A stretch of DNA of 63,339 nt, the filler included, from Chiloscyllium plagiosum (lineage: Eukaryota): the NCBI RefSeq assembly GCF_004010195.1. It is 6 parts of one record of this genome, joined end to end, with 100 filler letters (N's around TTAATTAATTAA, not from the genome) between each part and the next. Parts side by side here need not be neighbours in the genome. Positions count along the whole stretch, not along the records: positions 33,774 to 39,997 come from NC_057714.1; positions 40,098 to 47,207 come from NC_057714.1; positions 47,308 to 57,715 come from NC_057714.1; 3 more parts are not named here. One strand, written 5' to 3'. A program made the translations under genes and the position numbers. Each line of letters begins with the position of its first letter. Positions within the stretch are counted from its first letter, which is position 1. This document shows positions 37,520 through 50,497 of this stretch, one piece after another. Below the pieces are notes generated by a model, which had not been told where the DNA came from, did not search any database, and worked only from the letters and a program-made list of their open reading frames with translations.

Positions 37520-38600
37520 GGACTTTTGGAATATTGCGTGCAATTCTGGTCTCTCTCCTATCGGAAGGACATTGTGAAATTTGGAAGGGTTCAGAAAAGA
37601 TTTACAAAGATGTTGCCAAGGTTGAAGAATTTGAGCTATAGGGAGAGGCTGAACAGGCTGAGGCTGTTTTCCCTGGAGCGTCGGAGGCTGAGGGGTAACC
37701 TTACAGAGGTTTATAAAATCATGAGGGGCATGGATAGGGTAAATAGAGAAAGTCTTTTCTCCGTGCTGGGGGAGTGTAAAACTAGAGGGTTTAGGGTGAA
37801 ATATTTAAAAGGGACCTAAGGGGCAACTTTTTCACGCAGAGGGTAGTACATGTGTGGAATGAGCTGCCAGAGGACGTGGTGGAGGCTGGTACAATGACAA
37901 CATTTTAAAGGCACCAGATAGATATATGAATAGGAAGGGTTTGGAGGGATATAGGTCAAGTGCTGGCAGGTGGGACTAGATTGGGTTGGGATATCTGGTC
38001 AGCAGTTGGACCAAAGGGTCTGTTTCCGTGCTGTACATCTCCATGGCAAATGGAATGTTAGTCTATGTTCAAAGAGAATGGAGTATAGAAGCGGGGACAT
38101 TTTTGCTAAAACGATGTCAGGCACCTAACAGAGCACAGCTGAAACACTGTGTACAGTTTTAGGCCCTTTATCAAAGGAAAAATATTTCAGCATTGGAGGC
38201 AGTCCGAGAAAGGACTGAATATGGAGGGACTTTCTGTTGAGGAGAGGTGAATAGGTTGGGCCTGTACTCATTGGAGTTTAGGAGAAGGAGAGGCGACCTT
38301 ATTGAAGTGCATAAGATTCTTAGGGGACTTGACAGGGGAGATTGGAGGGGCTGTTTCCCCTTGGGGGAGAGTCTAGGACCAGAGCGGGCAATCTCAGAAT
38401 GAGGGGGGGGGGGTCACCCACTTAAGACCGGGATGAGGAGGAATTTCCCCTCTCAGAGGGGAGTGAATCTGTTTACCCCAGAGGGCCGCTGAGGTTGGGT
38501 CGTTACATATATTCAAGGCTGAGACAGATTTTAATCAGTAGGATAATAGAGGATTGCAGGGTGAAGGCAAGCAAGTGGAGTTGAGGATTATCAGATGTTA
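37520..38600 (+). mobile_element. Two adjacent CR1 3' fragments
   Basis: EYCVQFWSLSYRKDIVKFGRVQKRFTKMLP, followed by an older copy. Confidence 0.8.
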
Positions 38601-39637
38601 ATATGAAATTATCTTCCCTTGTCTCATCTTTCCAACTGCAATATTACATTGGACTTTAATTGGCTTCAATTTTTGCATCGACAGCATAACCCCTTGTTTT
38701 CCTGTGAAGGAACGGCGATATATTTCCAAGCCAGGATGGTGAGTACACCCTGCTGCTACTGAGTGTCGGTGGGGGAGGGAGTGGATGTTTGTGGATGTGG
38801 TGCCAATCAAGCGGGTGTTGTTGGAGATGCCCCCATCCAGGCAAGGGGGGAGTATTCCATCACCCTCCTGACTTGTGCTTTGGAGATGGTGGACAGGCTT
38901 TGGGGAGTCAGGAGGGGAGTTACTCACTGCAGGATTCCCAGCCTCTGACCTGCTCTTGCAGCCACTGTGTTTAAATGGCTAGTCCAGTTCAGTTTTGGTA
39001 ACCCTCACCCACCACCTCCTTACCCACACCCCTCCCAATGTTGACAGTGGGGGATTCAGTGGTAGTACTGTTGAATATCAAGGGGAGTTGGTTAGATTTT
39101 CTCTTGTTGGTGATGGTCATAGCCTGGCATTTGAGTGGCGTGACTATTACCTGCCACTTGTCAGCCCAAGTCTGGATATTGTCTGGATCTGAATTTGAAC
39201 ATGGACTGCTTCAGTAGCGGAGGAGTTGTGAATGGTGCTGAACACTGCGCAATATTTGGCAAACATCCCGACTTCTGACTTTATGATGGAGGGAAGGTCA
39301 TTGATGAAGCAGCTGAAGATGGTTGGGGACACTCCCCTGAGGGACTCCTGCAGAGATGTCCTGGAGCTGAGATGACTGACCTCCAACAACCTCGACCATC
39401 TTCCTGTGTACCAGGTATGACCCCAACCAGTGGAGAGCTTGCCCCCTGATACCCATTGATTCCAGTTTTGCCAGGGCTCCTTGATGCCACCCTCAGTCGA
39501 ATGCAGCCTTGATGTCAAGGGCTGTCCCTCTCCCCTCACTCTCTGGAATTCAGCTCTTTTGTCCATGTTTGACCCAAGGCTGTAATGAGGTCAGGAGCTG
39601 AGTGACCCTGGAGGAACCCAAACTGGGACTGACTCAT

Positions 39638-39997
39638 ACAATAGACAATAGACAATAGGTGCAGGAGTAGGCCATTCAGCCCTTCGAGCCTGCACCGCCA
39701 TTCAATATGATCATGGCCGATCATCCTTAATCAGTATCCTGTTCCTGCCTTATCTCCATAACCCTTGTTTCCACTATCTTTGAGAGCTCTATCCAACTCT
39801 TTCTTAAATGAATCCAGAGACTGGGCCTCCACTGCCCTCTGGGGCAGAGCATTCCACACAGCCACCACTCTCTGGGTGAACAAGTTTCTCCTCATCTCTG
39901 TCCTAAATGATCTACCCCGTATTTTTAAGCTGTGTCCTCAGGTTCGGTACTCACCCATCAGCGGAAACATGTTTCCTGCCTCCAGAATGTCCAATCC
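39638..39997 (-). mobile_element. Young CR1 3' end with (TCTATTG)n tail; highly similar copy at ~57412-57715
   Basis: Both copies translate PLSLRALSNSFLNESRDWASTALWGRAFHTA on + and both end at scaffold linkers. Confidence 0.85.
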
Positions 39998-40989
39998 NNN
40001 NNNNNNNNNNNNNNNNNNNNNNNNNNNNNNNNNNNNNNNNNTTAATTAATTAANNNNNNNNNNNNNNNNNNNNNNNNNNNNNNNNNNNNNNNNNNNNAGC
40101 AGCAAGAGTTTTCTTCAAACAGGTGGTATTGAATGTCAGGATTTGTCTTCTCAAGAGTGTTCGGGGAGCTAGATGACTGAAAGTATTTGAAGAGGAGAAA
40201 GATGGATATTGACCTGTCAGAGAGTTGAGGGCAATGAAGAATTGGGTATGAAAAAGGATTTGAGACAAAGAGCAGATCAGTCATGATCTTATTGAAGGGC
40301 AATGCAGGCCTGGGGAGTGAATGACCTGCCCCTGTTTCTGATGTTCTCACATTCTGTTATTGGAAAGTTAGTGGGTGTTATTTTCATGAATGTTCTGTTA
40401 TTGAATGTTGCGGTCAGGGAGACCAGGGGATTTTGTGAGCCATGTCTGGGTGAGGTATGGGGGCTGAATTCACAGTGAATCTGGGTCTACAACATGATGA
40501 ACAAATGAAGCACAAGTTTCATAGAGGGGAAGCTCTGCAAAGAGAAATGAGGACCTTCTTTCAAAACCAGTCTGTATTATCCAATTACAATTCCAAATCA
40601 ACTCAAAGCGTGTATGACAGTACTGAGGGGCTGAATGGTCTTCTCTGATTCTGTGCAACAGGTTATAGGAGTAATTAGCCTCCAACTGCTCCAGTATAGC
40701 AGCTTTGAATGTCTGTATGGAACACAGAAACATGGGACTGAGGGACAGAAGTGGGTCATTAGAGACTTTGAGCCTTCTCCACCAGGCACTAAGATCGTGG
40801 TTGATCAAGTTGTGGTCTCAGCCCCATTTTCCTGTATGTATCCCATTATCCAAGACTCATTTCTCTCTCAAATATTTAACTGATGCCGCTTTCAATCAAT
40901 GTGAACACAGAGGCCTGACAAACCTTCTGTGAACAGTATTTCAACTTGAAAGGTATTTTCAGAATTTTTCGTCATTTCTCTTAAAGAAT

Positions 40990-42248
40990 CAGAGAGTCAT
41001 GCAGAATGGAAACAGACAGCTTAGTCCAATCAAATCTGATCTAGTCCCATTTACCAGCATTTGGCCAATATTCCTCGCCTTTCAGATACTTCTTAAATGT
41101 ACGATTGTAACCGCCTTCAGCACTTCCTCTGACAACACTTCCCATACACACACCACTACCTGTATAAAACATTTACCCTAAGGTCCGTTCTAAATTATTC
41201 GCTCTCTCACCTTCAACCTATGCCCCCTTGTTCTGGATTCCCCTATTGTGGGGAGCAGAACGTGGCTGTTCAGAATATCCACGCCCCTGATGGTTTTATA
41301 AACCTCTATAATATCACCCCTCGGCATCTGACTTTCCAGGGGAAAACAGCTCAACCTAATCAACCTCTCCCGAAAGCACAAAACCTCTAGTTCTGGAACA
41401 TCCATGTCAATCTTTACTGCAGCCAACCGAATTGCATGCAGTATTCTTAAAATGGACCCTGTACAGATGCAACAAGCCACCACAACTTCTATACTGAATG
41501 CTCCAACTGATTAAGGGAAATGTGCCAAATGTGTTCTGTCCCACTCTGTCTACCTGCGACTCCACTTTCAAGGAACAATGCACCTGCAGCTCTCGGTCCC
41601 TTTGTTCTACAAAACTCCCCAGGACCTTACCATGAAGTGTATAATTTCTGCCCTGATTTACCTTCCCAAAATTCAAAACCTCGTTTTTAACTTATTACAT
41701 TTCATCTCTCACTCCTTGCCCCTTTGTCCCATCTAATTGCAGTTTCGTTGTACTCTGAGATAATCTACTACACCACCTTTCTGATGACATCTATAAACTT
41801 ACAAACTATGGCCGCAATATTCATATCCAAATTCTTGAAATGAATGATGAAATGCAATGAACTCAGAATTAATTCTTACAACGCACTGCTGCTCACAAGC
41901 CTCCAGTCTGAAAAACTCCCCTCTTCCTTAAAGCTAAATGTGACTAGCTTCTTCTGTGACCCATGTGACCTAACCTTATTCATCTGCCTACCAATCGGAA
42001 TGTTGTGAACACCTTGCTGAGGTCCATGTAGACAATGTCTACCAAACTGCCTTCATCAATCCTTTTTGTCACCTCTTCAACCAAAACTCAACCAAATTAA
42101 TGAGACATGATTTCCCATGCAGAAAGCCACGTTATCTACCCCGATCAGCCCTTGCCTTCCCAAATGTATGTAAATCCTGTCCCTCAGAATCCTCTCCAAC
42201 AACTCATCCGCCACTGACATCAGGCTCACCGGTCTGTAGTTCCTCGGC
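40990..42248 (-). mobile_element. Decayed CR1 LINE
   Basis: NYRPVSL-like remnant near 42230, LGSFVEQRD, LKVESQVDRV and PRGDIIEVYK. Confidence 0.8.
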
Positions 42249-42290
42249 TTTTTGAGTCATTGTTTCATGTACTAGTCCCACTCCTCCATG

Positions 42291-42598
42291 GGTGGCACGG
42301 TGGCACAGTGGTTAGCACTGCTGCATCACAGCGCCAGAGACCCGGGTTCAATTCCCGACTCAGGCGACTGACTGTGTGGAGTTTGCATGTTCTCCCCGTG
42401 TCTGCGTGGGTTTTCTCCGGGTGCTCCGGTTTCCTCCCACAGTCCAAAGATGTGCAGGTCAGGTGAATTGGCCATGCTAAATTGCCCGTAGTGTTACGTA
42501 AGGGGTAAATGTATGGGTATGGGTGGGTTGCGCTTCGGCGGGGCGTTGTGTACTTGTTGGGCCGGAGGGCCTGTTTCCACACTGTAAGTAATCTAATC
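42291..42598 (+). mobile_element. Young HE1-like SINE (same subfamily as 60759-61085)
   Basis: GGCACGGTGGCACAGTGGTTAGCAC...GGTTCAATTCC head and GTAAGTAATCTAATCT tail. Confidence 0.9.
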
Positions 42599-42868
42599 TT
42601 CCACTGCTTACAACAAATGTTAGATGTAACCAGGTTGGTGTTATGGCCGATGATATCGGTCTCAGACTGGGTCAGGGTCAGTTTTAGGAACAAGTCAGGC
42701 TCGTTTCTTTAATCTGCTCAAATAGTACGTTTATGATCCAGAGTAATGTTACTCAAACTATGATTGAAAGATGAATGGCAAACGGTTTGGCTATTGCAAA
42801 TAAAGAATCGATATTTCCCTTTCTAAAAACACTGGCGCGTGCACGCACGCGCACACACACACACGTTC

Positions 42869-44003
42869 CCCATGGTAGACTAATGGAGAAATTGAAGTCA
42901 TATGGTGTGTAGGGTGTTCTAGCGAAGTTGATAAACAACTGGTTGAGAAACAAGGGACAGAGAGTAGTAGTTCAGAGGAGTTTCTCGAAATGGAGAAAGG
43001 TGACTCGTGGTGTTCCACAGGGGTCAGTATGGGGCCATTGTTGTTTGTAATATATATAAATATCTGGAAGAGGGCACTGTTGGTATGATTAGCAAGTTTT
43101 CAGATGACACGAAGATTGGGGGAGTAGCAGAAAACACAAGGGACTGTCAGAGAATACAGGAGGATATAGAAAAACTAGAGAGTTGCGTGGAAAAGTAGCA
43201 GATGCTTTTTAATCCAGACAAGTGTGAGGTGATGCATGTAGGCATGCGTAATTCTACAGCAAATCCTACAAGAACGGAAGAGCGTTTTGAAAAGTTGATG
43301 TGCAGAGAGATCTGGAAGTGCTGGTCCATTTTACGCTGAAGGTTGCTGCACAGGCGGATAGAGTGGTCAAGCAGGCATAGAATATGTTTGCCTTCACTGG
43401 ACGGGGTATTGAGTACAAGAAGTGGTAAGTCACGTTAAAATTTTACAAGACATTCGTTCGGCCGCATTTAGAATACTGTGTACAGTCCTGCTCACCACAT
43501 TACCAAAATTATGTGAAAGATTTGGAGACTATGCAAAGTAGGGTTACGAGGATGTTGCCTGGTATGGAAGGTGCTAGCTATGAAGAAAGATTGAGCAGGT
43601 TAGAAAAAAGGAGATTGGGGGGGATCTGATTGAGGTTTACAAAATCGTGAAGTGTATAGACAGGGTGAATGGGGACAAGCTCTTTTCCCAGTGTGATGGA
43701 TTCAATAAGGAGAGGTCACAGTTTCAAGGTGAGAGGTGGAAAGTTTATGGGAGATACACATGGCAAGTACTTCACACAGAGGTTTGAGCATTTGGAACGC
43801 GTTGCCAGCAGAGGTGGTAGAGGCAGGCACGGTAGATTCATTTAGGATGTGTCTGGACAGATGCATGAGTAGGTGGGGAGCAGAGGAATACAGGTGCTTA
43901 GGAATTGACCGACAGTTTTCCACAGTAGATTTGGATCGATCAGACTTGGAGGACTGAAGAGCCTGTTCCCGGGCTGTAAATTTTCTTTTTTCTTTGTTCT
44001 TTG
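42869..44003 (+). mobile_element. CR1 LINE RT to 3' end (related 3' end at ~52389-52700, -)
   Basis: GMISKFSDDTKIGG, RPHLEYCVQ, WNALPAEVVEAG and a (TTCTTTG)n tail. Confidence 0.9.
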
Positions 44004-47000
44004 TACACACACACACAGATAAACAAAATCTCTGCAATTTCAAGTTGAAAGAACTTTGCCCAGATATTAGTGTAACTCATCACAAAAGTAAAATTCGAGA
44101 GATTGTCCAAAATATTATTCTGCTTCTGAAGACATTCTACTCACACAAGCTGCTAGCAATGGGATTTCATCCTGGAACAGTTGGATTTGGCTGAATTCCC
44201 TTTGCTTTGGCAGTGAGGAGGTTCCAATGAATTCTGGCCAGGGATCGCCCAAAGAGTATCCCTGTGGCTCAACGGTTAGCACCGCTGCTTCACAGCACCA
44301 GGGACGTGGCTTTGATTCCAGCCTCGGGCGACTATCTGCGTGGAGTTAGTACATTCGAGCCTTGTCTGTGTGAGCTTCTCATGTGTGCTCCAGTTTCCTC
44401 CCACACTCTATTGCTGTGCAGTTTCGGTTGATTGGTCATGCTAAATTGTCCACAGTATTCAGGGGTTTTTAGGTTAGTTACATTTGCCAGGGGTAAATGT
44501 TGGGGAACGGGTCTGGGAAGCTTGGTATGTACGTGTTGGGCCGAAGGGCCTGTTTCCACACTGCAGGAATTCTATAATTTCAGGAATGGTAATGATAACT
44601 GTCGAGTTTTTTTTTTAGCTCGCACACATTGTTATGATGAGGAACAATGAAGGAGAAAGAGTGAAATAGGCCATTCCTTCTCGGGCAGATTACATTTTCT
44701 CCCTCTTTGAGCTGAATCACACAGGAATGTCATCCTCTCCCAAACTGGACCATGTGAGGTCTCATTGTACATTTTCCAAACTATGTCTCCATCACATTCC
44801 CTGTTCCATGAAGGTGCATCATTGTTGTTGTCATGCACAGAGCCATACTTAGCAGAAAATGGTCTCAGTCGATTTGAAGATATGCTTATATGTCCCTGTG
44901 TCATTAAAAAATAAAATGTTTAATTTATTCAGAATATATGTGCTAAAATGAATGCTTTTTAAAATAAATACAGAAATTGCTGGAAAAGCTCGGCGGGTCT
45001 GACAACATCCAGATTGCTTTTACATGCTTTAGTTGTACCCGCCTCCATCACTTCCTCTGGTAGCTCATTCCATACGCACACCACCCTCTGCGTGAAAAGG
45101 TGCCTCTGAGAACTCACCAAAGCCTTTCCCTCTCACTTTCAACCAATGCCCTCTAGTTTTGGACGACCCTAACCTGGGAGAAAACCCTGTCTACTCACTC
45201 TATCCATGACCATTCTGATTTTATAGACCTCTCCTGCTGGGAAATGTGACTCAAATCAACACGAATAGCTGTTTTTCCAGTTACCCTGGGCAAGACCTCT
45301 CCTATCTCTTCCGACTCAATACACAGTCTTGCCTTACAAGTCTTATTGAATTCTTCGAGGAGGTGACCAAGCATGTGGATGAGGGAAGACCAAGCATGTG
45401 GATGAGGGAAGAGCAGTGGATGTAGTGTACATGGATTTTAGTAAGGCATTTGATTGCTCATCAGCCTGTTATGACATGCTGTGACATACCTCTGCAACAA
45501 GCTGGACTTGAATCCAGACCTTCTAGTCTAGAGCTATGAACACTACCACACAAGTTCAGGAATTACGATCTAATCCAGAGTTCTGGTTCAGAGGCACTAC
45601 CCACTACCCAGATATTGGGTTATATTTTAAGTGTCAGCTTTCAGCTTGGTGTGGATTTATTATAATCAGGTTACCATTACTGAACTACACAAAACACTTT
45701 GTATTGTTAAACAAATGCAAGATATCTGTCTCAACTGTAGGATATTGAGTGCACGTGCTGTGCATCGAAGTTAACTATGAACGTCTTTTATCGCTAATAT
45801 CTGTAGACTGCAATATTAGGGAAAGAAATCCTACAGGCATACTCTGCACAATGAAGGGTCTCAAATAGATATTTATTACTGAACACCAGAGACGGAAAAG
45901 TACCATAATTTCTGGCCCCAAAACACCGATCAGTATTACCCTCTGCCAAAAACGATGAAATGATACCAGGCCGGTGATTACTGTCCAGCCTCTCCTCCCC
46001 ACTGACTGTCTGCAATCTGTCCCTCCTCCCTCTAACCACACAAGGCAAGCTAAGCTCAGGGTCTTTGTGAAATTCAAGGCCAGAGTATGCAGGCCTCCTG
46101 GAGATGGGGAGGGAATTAAACGGGGAAGGTGAGAACGTAGTAAAATCACACACTGGGCTGAGGAGTGGCAGATGGAGTTTAGTTTGGATTAATGCGAGGT
46201 ATTGGATTTGGTAAATCAAACAAGAGCAGGATCTATACAATTAAAAGTAGGGTCTTTGGCAGTGTTGTAGGACAGAGACCTAGGCCATCAGGTATAATTC
46301 TTTAAAATTTGCATCTCACATAGATAGTGAGTTTAAGAAGGTGTTTAATAGGTCAGACCTTTGAGTATCGGAATTGGGACGTCATGTTGAGGTCGTATAG
46401 GACATTGCTGAGGCCTCTTCTGGAATACTGTGTTCAGTCTGGTCACCCTTCCCGCTCATTCCATAGGCACACCACGCCCTGGGTGAAACAGCTGCCCCTT
46501 AGGTCACTTTTAAATGTTCCTGTCTCACCTTAAACCTACGCCCTATAGGTTTGGACTCGCCGNNNNNNNNNNNNNNNNNNNNNNNNNNNNNNNNNNNNNN
46601 NNNNNNNNNNNNNNNNNNNNNNNNNNNNNNNNNNNNNNNNNNNNNNNNNNNNNNNNNNNNNNNNNNNNNNNNNNNNNNNNNNNNNNNNNNNNNNNNNNNN
46701 NNNNNNNNNNNNNNNNNNNNNNNNNNNNNNNNNNNNNNNNNNNNNNNNNNNNNNNNNNNNNNNNNNNNNNNNNNNNNNNNNNNNNNNNNNNNNNNNNNNN
46801 NNNNNNNNNNNNNNNNNNNNNNNNNNNNNNNNNNNNNNNNNNNNNNNNNNNNNNNNNNNNNNNNNNNNNNNNNNNNNNNNNNNNNNNNNNNNNNNNNNNN
46901 NNNNNNNNNNNNNNNNNNNNNNNNNNNNNNNNNNNNNNNNNNNNNNNNNNNNNNNNNNNNNNNNNNNNNNNNNNNNNNNNNNNNNNNNNNNNNNNNNNNN

Positions 47001-47062
47001 NNNNNNNNNNNNNNNNNNNNNNNNNNNNNNNNNNNNNNNNNNNNNNNNNNNNNNNNNNNNNN

Positions 47063-47207
47063 AGACCCGGCGAATACCCAGTGACAAAGACCCGGATAAT
47101 ACCTAGTGACACAGACTCGGAAAAGACACAGCGACACAGACCCGGGGAATACACAGTGACAAAGACCCGGATAATACCCAGTGACACAGACCCGGGGAAT
47201 ACCCAGT
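47063..47207. repeat. 25-bp minisatellite, ~6 copies, between two gaps
   Basis: Unit approximately AGACCCGGxxAATACCCAGTGACAC. Confidence 0.9.
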
Positions 47208-47959
47208 NNNNNNNNNNNNNNNNNNNNNNNNNNNNNNNNNNNNNNNNNNNNTTAATTAATTAANNNNNNNNNNNNNNNNNNNNNNNNNNNNNNNNNNNNN
47301 NNNNNNNCCAACCTCCCATCTATAGAATCCATCTACCAGGCCCACTGTCAAGGAAAGGCCGCCAGCATTCTCAAAGATCCATCCCACCCTGGCAATGTTT
47401 TTCTACAACCTCTACCATCGGGGAGAAGGTAAAGAAGCCTGAACACACGCACCAGTCGGTTTCAAAACAGTTTCTACCCTACTGTTGTTAGAATACTGAA
47501 TGGACTCACAAATTCTTAACATTTGCCTGTACCTGTGTTTCTGTTTTTGCCGCTGTTTACCTATTATTTACTATCTATGCTACTTAACTCTGTGATCTGC
47601 CTGTATTGCTCACAAGACAAAGCATTTCACTGTGCCTCGGGACATGGGACAATAAATTCAATTCAATTCAATTCCTTAGCGGATTGGTTATCACGCTGCT
47701 CGAATCTCAAAACACTTTGGTGGGTGCCTGTGAAGATTCTCTTCAAAAGCGAAAAGAAAACAGGACCTTTAACTGATCAATGCTGAATAGCTTTCACTCC
47801 TCCCACCCACTGAGCAAACCGGACAGTAATCAGCTTGGAAATTACACCAGAAACATAATCTCCTGCCCAATCTCCTTCCCCTACCAAACATTAGCTCGAT
47901 CACTAACTGTATGGATCCTGTAGCAAAATGAATAGCAGTCAACCATGCAGACATCAGTA

Positions 47960-48575
47960 ATAGAGTCGTAGAGCCATAAAGCACAGAAACAGGCCCTTCG
48001 GTCCAACTCGCCCATGCCAGCCAGGTTTCCCAAACTAAACTAGTCCCACTGGCCCGCATTTGGCCCATATCCCTCTAAACCTTTCCTACTCATGTACCAA
48101 TCCAAATGTCTTTGCAGTGTTGCAATTGTACCGTCATCCACCACTTCCTCTGGCAGCTCATTCTACACACGAACCACCTGCCGTGTGAAACAGTTGGCCC
48201 TCGGGTCTCTTTTAAATCTTTCCCCTCTCACCTTAAACCCACACCCCCCTCGTTTCGGACTCCCTCACGCCAGGAAGAAGACCTATTCACCTTATTGATG
48301 CCCCACATGATTTTGTAAACGCCTGTAAGGTCTCCGATGTTCCAGTGAGAAACGTCCCAACCTATCCAGTCTCTCTTGTTAACTCATACTCTCCATTCCA
48401 GGCAACTTCTGAACCCTCTCCAGTTTAATCATGTCCTTCTTGTAGCAGGGCGACCAGCACTGGATACAGTATTCCAGAAGAGGCCTCAGCAATGTCCTGT
48501 ACAACCTCAATATGTCGTCCCCACTCCTATACTCAATGGTCTGAGCAATGAAGATGAGCCTGCTAAATACCTACA
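47960..48575 (-). mobile_element. CR1 3' fragment
   Basis: Same CR1 C-terminal and 3' UTR sequence as the other copies. Confidence 0.8.
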
Positions 48576-48689
48576 ACACTCACTGTTCCTCTCCTCGAGT
48601 TAATCTGTTGGTGTCCAATTGATTCCAACATTTCACCCTCACTGCCTTACCCTGAAATCTCTTCCCACGTTTAGTCCTCACATTGTTTT

Positions 48690-48808
48690 TTTATTGATTT
48701 GAATTTTCCTTCCCATTGGTCATTCGATTTTATTCTTCACTTGGTGATACAGAGCTTGGGTAATGCCGAAGGGGGATTTGTTGCTGGGGATTTTCACCTG
48801 GGATTCAT
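48690..48808 (-). CDS. Possible terminal exon of an unidentified gene ((D)ESQVKIPSNKSPFGITQALYHQVKNKIE*)
   Basis: Strong acceptor ttctttggtttgtccag, open phase-1 frame to TGA at 48722-48720, and AATAAA at 48695-48690, in non-repeat sequence. No homology recognised. Confidence 0.25.
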
Positions 48809-49139
48809 CTGGACAAACCAAAGAATCACAAAAATGAGCAGCCATCTATGCGACATTGGAATTTCCCCAATACTCGATCCGGTCTGATCTATTTCACCCT
48901 ACACCAGCCAATGAGCTCTCACTTCATGTCGCAACCTCTGATGTGGCACCTCTTAAATGCCTTTTCATAAAATCCCTACAGAACAGAAGCAGTTCATTTA
49001 ACCCACTGAGTCCACACCAACCCTCCGACAAGCATCCCATCCAGACACAGCCTCCTACTCTGTCCTGGTAACCCTACATTTCCCATGGCTAATCCATCTA
49101 GCAAGCACAAGCCCTGGACACTATGGGCAATTCACCAGT

Positions 49140-49425
49140 TCCAAATCTCCCCTCCCCCCACTCCATCCCAGATCCAACCCTCCGACTCAGATCTTCCTTC
49201 TATCTTCCTTCCCACCAATCCGCTCCACACTCCTCACTGACGAATCGCAATCACTTATTGCTATCCCACCTACCTTTCCCCTTGCCCTGCCTGCCATTAT
49301 TTATTTCTCAACTCCCTTTTCCCTCCCCAGTCCTGATGAAGGGTGTATACCCGAAACATTGATTCTCCTGTTCCTCAGATACTACCTGACCAGCTGTGCT
49401 TTATCCAGCGCCACATTTCATCGAC
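49140..49425 (+). mobile_element. PLE pLTR inserted in a SINE (~48965-49602, -), with hammerhead at 49329-49364
   Basis: AGTC-CTGATGA-AGGGT-GTAT-ACCC-GAAAC-ATT-GATT. Confidence 0.75.
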
Positions 49426-50497
49426 CCCTGCAATTTAGCGCGGTCCATCCACCTAACCTGCACACCTTTGGGTTGTGGTGGGGTAGCCCATGCAAACACG
49501 GGGAGAATGTGCAAACTCCACATGGTCATCCTAGGCTGGAATTGAACCCGGGTCCCTGGCACTGTGAGGCAGCAGTGCTAACCACTGAGACACTGTGCCA
49601 CCCAATTCACCACTTCTAGGTACTGCCATTCCCCTTTTATTCTTTTTGCTTTCACTTCTTCAAAAGAATTCTAAAAATTCTTTGAACTAGTTGAACATGA
49701 CTTCCCTTTCACAAAACCTAGACTCTGTCTGATCCCATTGGGATTCTCCAAGTATCTGTTTATAACCTCCTAAATAATACATTCCAACACTTTCCCTTTT
49801 ACAGCTTGTAGGGTAAGTAGCCCTTATCCTTTCTCGAATAAATGTGTTACACTTGGCATTTTTCAGTCTGTTGAAATCCTTCCAGAGTCAATGGAGTTGT
49901 GGAAGTTTATAACCAATGCTGACACCTCCTTTAAGAAACGTCAACTCTCCTGCTCCTCGGATGCTGCCTGTCCTGCTGTGCTTTTCCAGCAACACACTCT
50001 CAACTCTGATCTCCAGCATCTGCAGTGCTCACTTTCACCGAGTTGAATTTAACCTCCTTTAAGACTTTAGGTCACTAGGTACTGGAGATTCTCAGTCAAA
50101 CGAATTCTTCTGCAGCTTTCCCCTCGTCAGGCTGAGTGTTTTTCAGTTCTGCCCTCTTTATCACCACTTGAATTTGGAACGTTTTCAAAGTCTTCTACAG
50201 TGAAGAGACTGACACAAAATACTTGCTGAAAGCTTCTGCCATCTTTTGTTTTGCATTATTAATTCCTCAGATTCAATTCTAGAAGACCAATGGTTATATT
50301 TGCAAATAGTTTCTTTTCTGTACACATATGGAAATACTCACTGTCTGTGTTTCTTCTCATTTCCAGCCAGCTTTTTATCATATCTTAATTCATTACATTT
50401 TCAGTCTTTTTATGCTGGTTTTAAAATCTGTGTAATCTTCTCCCAGCCAGACAGTGTTTTGATTTAGATTATATTCACTTGAGGTTAAGTAGAACAA

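Noticed and set aside
42291..42370. tRNA-like sequences with A/B boxes (many copies)
   Set aside because: These are SINE heads attached to a core and tail, not tRNA genes.
47063..47207. CRISPR-like periodicity
   Set aside because: Head-to-tail units with no unique spacers, in vertebrate DNA.
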